Shown: in pieces, positions 10,416 through 20,026 of the stretch | How positions within the stretch are numbered: the first letter of the stretch is position 1 | Layout: each line of letters opens with the position of its first letter | Assembly: GCA_965206845.1 (NCBI GenBank) | Contig: OZ242221.1 | Coordinates: 832,001 to 896,000, forward strand | From: Cenarchaeum sp. | Lineage (GTDB): Archaea > Thermoproteota > Nitrososphaeria > Nitrososphaerales > Nitrosopumilaceae | Direction: 5' to 3' | Length of the DNA: 64,000 nucleotides | The notes under the pieces: model-generated | What the model saw: the letters and a program-made list of their open reading frames with translations, nothing else | Database searches by the model: none | What the model was told of the DNA's origin: nothing | Translations under genes and position numbers: made by a program

Positions 10416-10540
10416 TGTCACACGAAAATCGTGTTGACAATGTCGTAATTCATATCTGAACACAAAAATAACATCCAGGTACGAGCTCAAACAGACGTAA
10501 AACGTATTCAAAATCTTAATTAACACATTTGTTTACGTCT
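10416..10540 (+). promoter_or_regulatory. Putative nrdJ promoter with operator-like inverted repeats
   Basis: TATA-like TTAATTAA about 10516-10523; AGACGTAAA (10493-10501) and TTTACGTCT (10532-10540) flank it; TGTCACACGA-AAA-TCGTGTTGACA at 10416-10439. Confidence 0.5.
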
Positions 10541-10547
10541 TAGTTAC

Positions 10548-13199
10548 TTGTTGAACTCACAAACTAATGAACCAACCATACTCTCAGTTCGAAAGCGTGA
10601 CGGCAGTGTCATGGGGTTCGACCAAGAGAAGATATCAAACGCCATCTACAAGGCAATGTTTGCCACATCCAACCCCGACCGCGGCGTGGCCGAGCAGCTG
10701 ACAAAGCATGTCGTGGAGAAGCTCATGCAGCAGGGGTTCTCGGCCGATCGGCCGCCCAGCGTCGAGACCATTCAGGACATGGTAGAGACCACACTGATCG
10801 AGCGGGGACACAGCGAGATCGCCAAGGCCTACATTCTGTACCGGCACGAACGAAGGAAGGTAAGGGAAGAGAAGATGAGGATCCTCAACACAAAGGATCT
10901 TGATCCCGTGGCAAAAAGATTCGACACCAACTCCCTGCGCGTCCTTGCCTCCAGGTACCTTCTAAGAAACAACAAGAACGAGATCGTCGAGGGCCCGGAG
11001 GAGATGTTTAAGAGGGTTGCAACGCTTGTTGCCATCGGCGATCTCATATACAGCCAGCAGATATTCACAATAAATGGCAACCAGAAGCAGAGTATCAAGG
11101 AGGCCCAGGCGTATCTTGAAAAACTGGACGACTTTGACTACAAGCTCAGGATTGGCAATTACTACCTCAACAAGTTTCACCTGCGGTCCCTAATCAACTG
11201 CTACGTATACCTTGCCCGCGGCGGACACATGACCAAGAGCTTCAAGGAGCTGATGAGGATGATCGCCGCCAAGAAGTTTAACAGCTATGCTGAGAAGATA
11301 GACGAGTACTTTAAGCTGATGGCCTACCAGGACTTTCTGCCAAACTCCCCAACGATGATGAATGCAGGAGCCCGGCTGGGGCAGCTCTCTGCGTGCTTTG
11401 TGCTGGACATGCCCGATGACATGGGGGGAATTATGAAGACCACGTCCGACGCGGCCATGATCTTCAAGTCCGGCGGCGGAGTCGGAATCAACTACTCTGG
11501 CCTGCGCCAGGAAGGCGACATAGTCGCATCCACGTCTGGTGTGGCATCGGGTCCCGTATCGTTCATGAATATAATAAATTCTGTGACCGAGGTGGTAAAG
11601 CAGGGCGGAAAACGGCGCGGCGCGAACATGGGAATCATGGAGGTGTGGCACCCGGATATTGAAAAGTTTGTCACCAACAAGACCGAGCCCGGCATTCTTG
11701 AGAACTTTAACGTCAGCGTGGGACTCTGGGAGGACTTTTGGGATACGCTGCTCAACACGCGCGAGGGCAAGTATGCGCTTCGCTCCCCGCGTGACAGGAG
11801 CCCCGTCAAGGAGGTAAACGCCCGCCGCCTGATTGACCTGATTGCGCTGTCTGCGTGGAAGAGTGCAGAGCCCGGACTGATCTTCTTTGATCAGATCAAC
11901 CGGTACAACGTATTTGCAAAGGCAAGAGGGGGCCCGCTTCGCGCAACAAATCCCTGCGGAGAGCAGAGCCTGTATCCGTACGAATCCTGCAATCTGGGAT
12001 CCATCAATCTGGCAAACCTGGTGAAGAGAAAGGCCGACGGGGAGTACGAGTTTGACTGGCAGAGATACGAGGAGACCGTCAGAAAGACCACCAGGTTTCT
12101 GGACAGCGTAATAGATGTGAACCTCTACCCGGTGCCTGAGATTGACGCGGCGTCCAAGGAGTCCCGCAGGATCGGGCTGGGCGTGATGGGGGTGGCAGAC
12201 CTTCTCTACAAGCTACGCATACCGTACAACTCCGAGGAGGGATACGATCTGCAGAACAAGCTGGCCGAGGCACTGACGTACTATTCCATGGAGGAGAGTG
12301 TTGCCCTTGCCAAGGCCCGCGGCAGGTTTCCGCTGTGCCCGAAGACCGAGTACCCCGACGGGAAGATCCCGGTTGCCGGCTACTATGAGAAGCCAAAGGA
12401 GCAGCACAGGTACGAATGGGACACGCTCATAGACAGAATCAAGGAGCACGGAATCAGAAACGTGCTGACGACCACCGTTGCCCCCACCGGAACCCTTTCC
12501 ATGATCGCAAGCTGTTCAAACGGAATGGAGCCCACATTTGCCCTTGCCTATGAGAAGAGGGTGACCGTGGGCAAGTTCTTCTACGCCAACTCGATAATAA
12601 AACAGATGCTTGAGGAAGACAACCTGTACACCGATGAGATACTTGCAAAGATTGCAGACAACTACGGCTCCCTCAAGGGAATACCGGAGATTCCCGAGTG
12701 GATGCAGAAGATCTTTGTCACGGCAATAGACATTCACTGGTCGGACCATCTGATGGCACAGCAGGTGTGGCAGCAGTGGATAGGAAACGCGATAGCAAAG
12801 ACCATCAACATGCCACACGACGTACTGCCAGAGGATGTCGCAGCCGCATATCTTCTTGCACACGAGCTTGGGCTGAAGGGGATCACGGTCTACAGGGACG
12901 GTTCAAGGCACAAGCAGGTTCTGCACATAACCAACAAGAACACCGAGAAGAACTTTGATGTGGTGCCTTCGCAGGTGGTGACCGACTTTGTATCCCAGAA
13001 TATAACAAACCAGTACATGCGGGACCAGATAAACAACTCGCTGAAGATCAGGCCCGGCGAGGACATCATTGCGACTCACAATATCGCCGAAAGCGTACCC
13101 GAGGGAAGCCTGTGCCCTGAGTGCAAGAACAACCTCATCTTCGCCGAGGGCTGCAGCCTCTGCATCGAGTGCGGATACAGCCACTGCACGTCAGGATAG
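10548..13199 (+). CDS. nrdJ: Adenosylcobalamin-dependent (class II) ribonucleotide reductase with N-terminal ATP-cone
   Basis: VRKRDG ATP-cone; PNSPTMMNAG, QLSACFV, QGGKRRGANM, TNPCGEQ, SCNLGSINL, TVAPTGT, LKGITVYRDGS; C-terminal CPEC/CIEC; no intein evident. Confidence 0.95.
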   Translation: MLNSQTNEPTILSVRKRDGSVMGFDQEKISNAIYKAMFATSNPDRGVAEQLTKHVVEKLMQQGFSADRPPSVETIQDMVETTLIERGHSEIAKAYILYRHERRKVREEKMRILNTKDLDPVAKRFDTNSLRVLASRYLLRNNKNEIVEGPEEMFKRVATLVAIGDLIYSQQIFTINGNQKQSIKEAQAYLEKLDDFDYKLRIGNYYLNKFHLRSLINCYVYLARGGHMTKSFKELMRMIAAKKFNSYAEKIDEYFKLMAYQDFLPNSPTMMNAGARLGQLSACFVLDMPDDMGGIMKTTSDAAMIFKSGGGVGINYSGLRQEGDIVASTSGVASGPVSFMNIINSVTEVVKQGGKRRGANMGIMEVWHPDIEKFVTNKTEPGILENFNVSVGLWEDFWDTLLNTREGKYALRSPRDRSPVKEVNARRLIDLIALSAWKSAEPGLIFFDQINRYNVFAKARGGPLRATNPCGEQSLYPYESCNLGSINLANLVKRKADGEYEFDWQRYEETVRKTTRFLDSVIDVNLYPVPEIDAASKESRRIGLGVMGVADLLYKLRIPYNSEEGYDLQNKLAEALTYYSMEESVALAKARGRFPLCPKTEYPDGKIPVAGYYEKPKEQHRYEWDTLIDRIKEHGIRNVLTTTVAPTGTLSMIASCSNGMEPTFALAYEKRVTVGKFFYANSIIKQMLEEDNLYTDEILAKIADNYGSLKGIPEIPEWMQKIFVTAIDIHWSDHLMAQQVWQQWIGNAIAKTINMPHDVLPEDVAAAYLLAHELGLKGITVYRDGSRHKQVLHITNKNTEKNFDVVPSQVVTDFVSQNITNQYMRDQINNSLKIRPGEDIIATHNIAESVPEGSLCPECKNNLIFAEGCSLCIECGYSHCTSG

Positions 13200-13294
13200 G
13201 CGTACACCATCAGATCCATGCCCGACATCACAAGCTATGCGGGCAACGAAAGGCCGGCATGGGCCGAGCTCAGGAATGACATCTCCGGGTAGCC

Positions 13295-13963
13295 TTGCTC
13301 TCCCTGATCTTTGCCGAGTCATCGCTGGAGCTGGTACCCAGGGAACTTCAGGCCCACCGCTCCGTGGTGTCGCACGCAAGAAGGCTGGGAAAGAGGCCCG
13401 GCGAGATCCTGCTTGATGTCTCCTGGCACTACGCGGCCATGCGTGGAATCAAAGACGGGATGAAGCGCGGCAGGCCCGACCTGATCCACATGTGCCTGCA
13501 GAATGCATGCAGCACGCCGCTGTACCTCAGGGGAGGCCTGACGATATACGTACACACCATATCAGGCAGGGTGATCACAGTTGGCAGCGGCATCCGCCTG
13601 CCAAAATCGTACCACCGCTTCGCGGGACTGATGGAGAGGCTTTTTCTGGACGGATCCGTCGAGCACGAGGGCAGGAGGATGCTGGATCTTGACACGATGA
13701 GCCTTGCAGAGGTGGTAGAAGAGATCCGGCCCGGCGCCATACTTGGGCTGTCAACCCTGGGCGACAGGATCCAGCTGCCACGACTGGCATCAGAACTGGC
13801 CGGAGGCTCGTGCGTAGTAATAGGCGGATTTCAGAGGGGGCACTTTGCCCCGCATGTGAGCAGCGTCATGGACGCGACGTACAGAATTGGCGACGACCCG
13901 CTTGAGGCCCATGTGGTCACGAGCCGGGTGCTCTACGAGTATGAAAAGACGGTTTTTATGTAG
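13295..13963 (+). CDS. nep1: 16S rRNA pseudouridine methyltransferase Nep1/Emg1
   Basis: LLD.S.H, RGRPDLIH, RLPKSYHRFAGLMERL, IGGFQRGHF. Confidence 0.92.
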   Translation: MLSLIFAESSLELVPRELQAHRSVVSHARRLGKRPGEILLDVSWHYAAMRGIKDGMKRGRPDLIHMCLQNACSTPLYLRGGLTIYVHTISGRVITVGSGIRLPKSYHRFAGLMERLFLDGSVEHEGRRMLDLDTMSLAEVVEEIRPGAILGLSTLGDRIQLPRLASELAGGSCVVIGGFQRGHFAPHVSSVMDATYRIGDDPLEAHVVTSRVLYEYEKTVFM

Positions 13964-13983
13964 CGCGCAAAACGGCTCCCTAG

Positions 13984-14056
13984 GCGGTCATAGTATAGCC
14001 TGGCAGTACGCTGGCCTTCCAAGCCCGTTACCCGGGTTCAAATCCCGGTGACCGCA
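13984..14056 (+). tRNA. tRNA-Gly (TCC)
   Basis: Acceptor GCGGTCA/TGACCGC-A; anticodon loop CT-TCC-AA; T arm CCGGG-TTCAAAT-CCCGG. Confidence 0.95.
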
Positions 14057-14071
14057 CTCCAATCAGGGCGG

Positions 14072-14088
14072 AAATCCCGGCGACCGTA
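14072..14088 (+). repeat. Imperfect duplicate of the tRNA-Gly 3' end (att-like)
   Basis: aaatcccggcgaccgta vs aaatcccggtgaccgca (14040-14056), 15/17. Confidence 0.6.
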
Positions 14089-14111
14089 TTATACCAAAGC
14101 AGTTATCTTTT

Positions 14112-14432
14112 GTGGTTATATCTGCAGAGATACCATTGAAGGCTACACTTCGAAAGATCGCACTGGAGAGAATGCAGATTCTGATTGAAAATGCGATCTC
14201 CAATGCCAGAACCGACCCGCAGCTGGCGCAGAGGCAGGCCTCCCTGGCGCGGAAGCTGAGCACGCGCCACCGAATCAGGATGCCGTATCACCTCAGGATG
14301 GTCTTCTGTAGGAAGTGCAAGATGTTCATGGCGCCTGGGGTAAACGCCCGGTTCAGGCTGGGCCGCACCCATACCAAATCGATACGCATCACATGCAGCT
14401 TCTGCTGCCATACGTACCGCAAGATGATCTAG
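14112..14432 (+). CDS. rnp4: Ribonuclease P protein component 4 (Rpp21/Rpr2)
   Basis: IALERM.IL, LARKLS.R.RIR, FCRKCK...PG.NAR.R, ITCSFC; true start probably slightly downstream. Confidence 0.9.
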   Translation: MVISAEIPLKATLRKIALERMQILIENAISNARTDPQLAQRQASLARKLSTRHRIRMPYHLRMVFCRKCKMFMAPGVNARFRLGRTHTKSIRITCSFCCHTYRKMI

Positions 14433-14581
14433 CCGACCGGCGCCATGGCCTGCAGCACGGTTCGCGGCCGAGCCGGGATCGGGATGCTACACTTTTGCCT
14501 AGTCTGCGTTCTGCAGCAGGGTCACCTCACTGTGCGCAGGTGGGGTTGCGGGGTTCAGATCCGCCTGCAGGTACCAGACGG

Positions 14582-15007
14582 CTAGACCGTCTTTGTCTTT
14601 CTGAGAAGCGCCGTGACTGTCACAATATAGCATGCGGCAGCAACCGTCTCTGATGCCAGGGATGCAAGGTATGGCTCTATGCCGAGCTCGAGAAAGTAGT
14701 ATAACGACGTCCACTTGACTGCCAGATAGACTAGCTCCCCTACTCCAAGAGACGATATCGTGGCTATGAGCTCCTTCTTAATCAGGCCAGACGGCATGCT
14801 TTTGTAGCGCTCCCTGTTGTCAAGATAAAACAGGGACACAAAAACGCCAAAGAAGGCGACATATCCCAAGGCCACTACGAGTGTCGTCTTGAGATAGTTC
14901 TCATAATCTGACAGCACCTGCACGGCCACCACGGTAGTGATTGCCGAGCTTACAAAGCAGATGATAAAAGTCCTGTTGATCTGTAATAGCCGGCGGTTTG
15001 ATTTCAT
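14582..15007 (-). CDS. Small 4-TM membrane protein (possibly GtrA-like)
   Basis: Four hydrophobic segments; start at ATG 15007 (MKSNRRLLQINR). Confidence 0.65.
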   Translation of the reverse strand: MKSNRRLLQINRTFIICFVSSAITTVVAVQVLSDYENYLKTTLVVALGYVAFFGVFVSLFYLDNRERYKSMPSGLIKKELIATISSLGVGELVYLAVKWTSLYYFLELGIEPYLASLASETVAAACYIVTVTALLRKTKTV

Positions 15008-15268
15008 GGTTATGCATTTAGGCGCGGGCGCCAACCGTAGTCGCAGCAGAGATGAAGCCCGGGCGCATGCAGGTATTCCTTGCATCTAATATTTTAAGAT
15101 TGGACGCCAGATTCTGGTGCGGGGTCACTGGGCGTGCCGGGCCCGCGAAGACTCTTCGCATGGACAAACTTGTGCCCGGATGAGGGGGCTGGCCTAGTCC
15201 ACCTGCCGACCCCCGCTGCCGAAAATTTCTTCGCATGGTTAATTATGGCGGGGTGCGTCTGTACGGTG

Positions 15269-15616
15269 ATGCAATACTTTCAGGCGGTTCAGAAGGGACG
15301 GCAGATAGCGGCAGCGTCGCAGATGAGGCTCTTCAACGTAGCGGGCTTTGCCATGCTGACCCTTACCACAAAGAAGGTCGATGGCAAATTCATGCCGGTG
15401 GGAACAGAGGAGTATGCCGCGGTGATCAGGACCCGGGACGGGTTTGTTGCGATACTGGCCGACGAGGACGGCTACACCAAGGCACAGTCAAAGGCATTGG
15501 ACAAGAACGAGGCGTTTGAGATCCTTGACAAGCTGGTACTCTCCGGGATTCCGGAGTTTACGGGAGATGATGTGGAGATCTGGACCGAGCAGTACCCCAG
15601 GGTGCCCCGGGACTAG
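15269..15616 (+). CDS. Hypothetical protein
   Basis: [10 protein letters not shown]...[11 protein letters not shown]...[11 protein letters not shown]; protein-like, converges on pyrH. Confidence 0.7.
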   Translation: MQYFQAVQKGRQIAAASQMRLFNVAGFAMLTLTTKKVDGKFMPVGTEEYAAVIRTRDGFVAILADEDGYTKAQSKALDKNEAFEILDKLVLSGIPEFTGDDVEIWTEQYPRVPRD

Positions 15617-16299
15617 GAATCGCCGGGAAGAACTATCGTGGTACCGACCACGCTGCTGCGGATCGCCTTTTCCAGCGTCTTTATGTCGGCCCCGACTATC
15701 CGGGTTCTTATTCTGGAGCGCTCAATGGTCTTCAGGGATACGATATCCATAAGGTCGTGGCCGCCCGCCGCAGCCCCTTCCTGTATCAGCATCTCCTGCA
15801 GGCGCCCCAACTCGATCCGCCCGAGCATCTTCGCCTCCTTGTGTCTGTTGGGATCCATATCATACACGCCGTCCACATCCGTGGCGTTCAGGAATTCTGC
15901 TGCCCCGACCCTCTCGGCAACAAGCGCGGCGGTTCCGTTGGTGCTCTGGCCCGGATAGAGCCCGCCCGCCACCACCACGAGGCCGCCGTCTGCTGCCTGC
16001 TTTATCTCCTGCAGGGTTGTGGGTGGGTGCGGGTATGCCTTGTCTCCAAGTGCGCAGATCAGGAGCCTGGCGTTCAGTCTGGAGATCTCGATTCCCATCT
16101 CATCTAGCGTGGACTCGTCTGCGCCAGAAGATCTTGCATTGTTTATGTAGTGCCTTGCAATGCTGCCCCCGCCGGCCACTATAATGGGCTGACGGATCTT
16201 GCTGATCCTCAGCAGAAGCGACGCGTAGTCCTTCAGGATCCCGGCCCCGTCTGCACCAAAGACCTTGCCCGATAGTTTGATTACAATTCTCTTCCTCAT
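15613..16299 (-). CDS. pyrH: Uridylate kinase
   Basis: [44 protein letters not shown]. Confidence 0.95.
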   Translation of the reverse strand: MRKRIVIKLSGKVFGADGAGILKDYASLLLRISKIRQPIIVAGGGSIARHYINNARSSGADESTLDEMGIEISRLNARLLICALGDKAYPHPPTTLQEIKQAADGGLVVVAGGLYPGQSTNGTAALVAERVGAAEFLNATDVDGVYDMDPNRHKEAKMLGRIELGRLQEMLIQEGAAAGGHDLMDIVSLKTIERSRIRTRIVGADIKTLEKAIRSSVVGTTIVLPGDS

Positions 16300-16518
16300 T
16301 ATGCTGTACGACCCAAGATTGATTTTGTAGTAGTGCCGACTTTATTTCTGTTTTGTGTATGACAGGCCGCCCCGGCAGACAGAACACCAAGATCGAGCAA
16401 GAACCGGCAACCGAGCAGGGATCAGCACAGGCAATGTGATGTCGGACATGGCATTGGAGACGAGCCCGGACCGGGCGATGAAAAGTTCTCGCGCCGTGCA
16501 CGGAATAGGGCCATAAGA

Positions 16519-17268
16519 CTAGCCGGTCTGATGCCTGGCGCGCCTATAAGATCGCAGCAGAAGGTATGCCGCAAGTCCTCCCAGCACTATCCCCGCTATC
16601 ACAAGAGCCAGTATCGCCTCCCCGCCGTCAAAAAACGACACACCCGGGCTGCTGTCTAGTACGCCCCCGGCCTGTCCCTCTTGCTGCGCAACCTCCAATG
16701 ATTCCTCAAGGCGTGGCGAGTCCTCCAGTGACTCGGATTCAGAACCCACCGGTGGGGCTGCATCCAGTTGTGCGGGAGAATCAAAACTCCCTTCTGAATT
16801 GAAGACCTCTTCAACCTGGGTTTGGGACTGGTTTTGCAGCAGGGATAATGAGAATAGCGACGCCACCGCCACGACGCCAATTCCAGCAAACTTGTAGATT
16901 GTTTTAAACGAGCGCATTAACAATTTGCTTTCTTTGGCCCGTCCGGACACCTTGGAAGGCAGGATGACGATTGCAAATTTTGTTGTTTTGTAGTACTTCA
17001 TATCATGCGCCTTTACATTTTTGCCAATCCTTGAAACTTTTACCATCCTGACCTCCTGCATTTTGTTCAGATGGTATTTCACCAGCTGCAGGGATATCCC
17101 AGTACTCTGGGCAATCCGGTTTGCGGTCAGCTCTTCCTCAAACAGCAGCTGCAGTATTGCCCTGCTTGAATTGTTTGTCAGTATCTCCCCAATCGATTTT
17201 ATTTTTTCGTCATCGGACAGGAAAATTTCTATCTTGTCTGGCGAATCATCGCTGTTGCTGTCTGGCAT
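16519..17268 (-). CDS. ArsR-family wHTH regulator with two C-terminal TM helices
   Basis: SRAILQLL...LTANRIA...ISLQLVKYHLNKM; hydrophobic segments FAGIGVVAVASLFSL and AILALVIAGIVLGGLAAYLLL. Confidence 0.8.
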   Translation of the reverse strand: MPDSNSDDSPDKIEIFLSDDEKIKSIGEILTNNSSRAILQLLFEEELTANRIAQSTGISLQLVKYHLNKMQEVRMVKVSRIGKNVKAHDMKYYKTTKFAIVILPSKVSGRAKESKLLMRSFKTIYKFAGIGVVAVASLFSLSLLQNQSQTQVEEVFNSEGSFDSPAQLDAAPPVGSESESLEDSPRLEESLEVAQQEGQAGGVLDSSPGVSFFDGGEAILALVIAGIVLGGLAAYLLLRSYRRARHQTG

Positions 17269-17364
17269 GACCGTTATGGCACATTCGCGGGAATTGATAC
17301 TAAAGGTTTTGGTAAAATCATGACTTCATCAAACGTTATAATCGCGTTTTACCCATATGTATCA

Positions 17365-17700
17365 ATGAGTAAAAAGACGCACGCGGCAATTGTGGCCACG
17401 GTTTTGACCGTGACGGACATCAACGTGATCAACGCCGAGGGCATCTATTTTGGAAACACCGGCCACGAGGTACAGGCCGGGGCTGGCACGCTTGAAGAGA
17501 CGCTAGATCCCGCCCGAGACCGCGTAGAAATTGCAGAAACTGTACAGCGGATCCACGATGGGGGTTCTGGCGATGTTCTCCTGCCATACAATGGATCGCC
17601 GGGCGCACTCTTGGTTGCCGGGGGCATGTTTGGTGGAGTTATGGCCGCAGTCTTTGCAAGAAGCCGCAGGGGGAGATATGCCGCGCCGGGAATGGGCTAG
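17365..17700 (+). CDS. Small membrane-associated hypothetical protein
   Basis: ATG 17365; hydrophobic N-terminus; C-terminal TM helix followed by basic RSRRGRY tail. Confidence 0.55.
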   Translation: MSKKTHAAIVATVLTVTDINVINAEGIYFGNTGHEVQAGAGTLEETLDPARDRVEIAETVQRIHDGGSGDVLLPYNGSPGALLVAGGMFGGVMAAVFARSRRGRYAAPGMG

Positions 17701-19384
17701 AGGCAGCCTGCTCCCAGTTTTTGTTGGGATAGCCGCAATTACGTTATCGGTTGGCGTCTTTTATTTTATTTTTGTTGACAACCCGGGTGATCCTGCGCAT
17801 ACGGGAACCTGGATTCCCCAGCAGCAGTACCAGCAAACCTTTGAGGAATCGATGTCCATGGAAGCCAGCCAAGACTCCATAGGGTTTGCGGTTGGAGGAT
17901 CCCAAGACGTCGATAACTTTAGAGAGAATATCAAGAATGGCTTTCTTCCGCTATACACCGATATCACGTACGAGGGGCTGTTCTATGACTATTATTTTAA
18001 CACCGGCAGCCAGCAGAGATGTGAAAAGCTGTTTTGCCCCTCATACAGTTATGCGGTATCCAGAGATCCGTTTTCAGACAAGACCGAATACTACCTATCC
18101 GTCGGTCTGAACTCCGGAATAAAAGAGTCCGACTTTGAGCGAAAGAAACTCAACCTGGTTCTGGTGCTGGACGTCTCTGGATCCATGGACTCCACATTTG
18201 ACAGATACTACTATGACAGATACGGGCTGGAACAGCCGCCGGAATCACGTGACGATTTTACAAAGACCAAACTAGCAGTTGCCGGGGAGTCAATAATCGG
18301 CCTGTTGGATCATCTGACTGATGAGGACCGGCTGGGGGTTGTGTTTTTTGAGAGCGGGGCACACCTGGCAAAGCCGCTGGAGAGCATGGGAGCCACCGAC
18401 AAGAAAGCGCTAAGGCAGAGCATTCTGGAGATTGATGCAGAGGGGGGAACCAACATGGCCTCTGGAATACGCATGGGAACGTCCCTCTTTGATGATGTTG
18501 CCGGGTCGGATCAGTCAGAGTACGAGAACAGAATAATCTTCCTCACCGACGCCATGCCCAATCTTGGCGAGACCGAGAAGGACGGGCTGTTTGGCATGAT
18601 AGAGCAGAACGCTGGACAGAACATCTACACTACGGTAATTGGCATAGGAGTGGACTTCAACACGGAGCTGGTGGACCACATCGCAAAGGTTCGGGGAGCT
18701 AACTACTATTCAGTTCATTCCCCGTCCGAGTTTCAAGAGAGAATGGTCGACGAGTTTGAGTTCATGGTGACTCCTCTGGTTTTTGACCTGACGCTGGATA
18801 TGGACGCAGCAGGCTATGAGATTAAGAACGTGTACGGATCTCCAGAGGCGGATCAGTCTACCGGGCAGATAATGAAGGTAAACACGCTGTTTCCGTCCAA
18901 GGTGTCAGACGGCCAGACCAGGGGCGGGCTTGTTCTGCTAAAGCTGGAGAGGCTGTCCGATGACGGGACAATTACGCTCACGGCCAGCTACAGGGACAGG
19001 GCCGGGCAGCAGGATCACGATACCGTAGCCGTAACCTTTGAGGACAGCGAACCCGACCTTTACCAAAATACCGGAATCCAGAAGGGCGTCCTGCTTACAA
19101 GGTATGCAGAGCTGATGAAGTGGTGGATATATGATGAGCGCAGCTCGCATGCCAGCGGCACCGTGCCGACCACATCACGCCTGTACGAGGACGGGATCAG
19201 CACGCCGGATTATGTAGAGTCGTTGGGAAGGTGGGAGAGGCAGTCAGTCCCCCTTGGGGTGTCTGACCAGTACGCAGACGCAATCTCACAATTCAGCGCC
19301 TACTTCCAGGAGGAGGCGGCCTTGATCGACGACCCGGAGCTGCTTCAGGAGGTATCAGTCATGCAGAGGCTGGCAGGCTTGTGA
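17678..19384 (+). CDS. Membrane-anchored von Willebrand factor A domain protein (YfbK-like)
   Basis: N-terminal TM; MIDAS DVSGSM, GGTN, IIFLTDA.PN, GIGVDFN. Confidence 0.88.
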   Translation: MPRREWARGSLLPVFVGIAAITLSVGVFYFIFVDNPGDPAHTGTWIPQQQYQQTFEESMSMEASQDSIGFAVGGSQDVDNFRENIKNGFLPLYTDITYEGLFYDYYFNTGSQQRCEKLFCPSYSYAVSRDPFSDKTEYYLSVGLNSGIKESDFERKKLNLVLVLDVSGSMDSTFDRYYYDRYGLEQPPESRDDFTKTKLAVAGESIIGLLDHLTDEDRLGVVFFESGAHLAKPLESMGATDKKALRQSILEIDAEGGTNMASGIRMGTSLFDDVAGSDQSEYENRIIFLTDAMPNLGETEKDGLFGMIEQNAGQNIYTTVIGIGVDFNTELVDHIAKVRGANYYSVHSPSEFQERMVDEFEFMVTPLVFDLTLDMDAAGYEIKNVYGSPEADQSTGQIMKVNTLFPSKVSDGQTRGGLVLLKLERLSDDGTITLTASYRDRAGQQDHDTVAVTFEDSEPDLYQNTGIQKGVLLTRYAELMKWWIYDERSSHASGTVPTTSRLYEDGISTPDYVESLGRWERQSVPLGVSDQYADAISQFSAYFQEEAALIDDPELLQEVSVMQRLAGL

Positions 19385-19965
19385 TCCGGAAGGTGCAGCA
19401 TGGGGGCAACGATGTCCAATATTTTTTTATGAACGGCCTGCTTGGTACCTACGGCATCCACGGTCTTCCAGCCCTGCTCGTGTGCAAGATCCTGATATTT
19501 CTGTCTGACGGCATCGGCAAGCTCCATGTTGCTCTCGAAGATGTCCCGCCTTGCCATTTTTCTGTCACACGCCTTTTGCGGATCTATATCCAGCAGTATG
19601 ACCAGATCCGGCTTTGGCATGTCCCGGTCAAGATCCTCAAGAAATCCCCGATCCAGGCCGCCGTTTGCCAGGCCGTAGGCGATATTGGAGGCCGTGTACC
19701 TGTCCATGATCAGTATCGTGCCCTCCGGGCAGCCGGAGATCTCGACTAGCTTCTCCCGCCTGTTCTCTGCCATCAGGCGGTGGATCTCTTTGGGGGACGG
19801 CCGCCCGCTCCCATCCAGCATCGCTTTGATCTTGGAGCCCACAGGCGTCGTGTAGTCCGGAAAGCTGAACAACTTGACAGCCATCTGCTGCTTGAGTCTT
19901 TTATACAGCAGCAGGGACTGGGTCTTTTTGCCCGCCTGGTCGCCGCCCTCAATGGCAATTATCAT
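19345..19965 (-). CDS. tmk: Thymidylate kinase
   Basis: IAIEGGDQAGKKTQ, SFPDY, MDRY..SNIAY, PDLVILLD. Confidence 0.93.
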   Translation of the reverse strand: MIIAIEGGDQAGKKTQSLLLYKRLKQQMAVKLFSFPDYTTPVGSKIKAMLDGSGRPSPKEIHRLMAENRREKLVEISGCPEGTILIMDRYTASNIAYGLANGGLDRGFLEDLDRDMPKPDLVILLDIDPQKACDRKMARRDIFESNMELADAVRQKYQDLAHEQGWKTVDAVGTKQAVHKKILDIVAPMLHLPDHKPASLCMTDTS

Positions 19966-20026
19966 GGTTAAGACCGATCGGCGCGGATGGCAATAAATAT
20001 CAATTAGCGCCCGCCCGGCGTGTCAT

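Noticed and set aside
10548-13199. Intein in nrdJ
   Set aside because: Catalytic motifs are contiguous; no splice-junction or LAGLIDADG motifs seen
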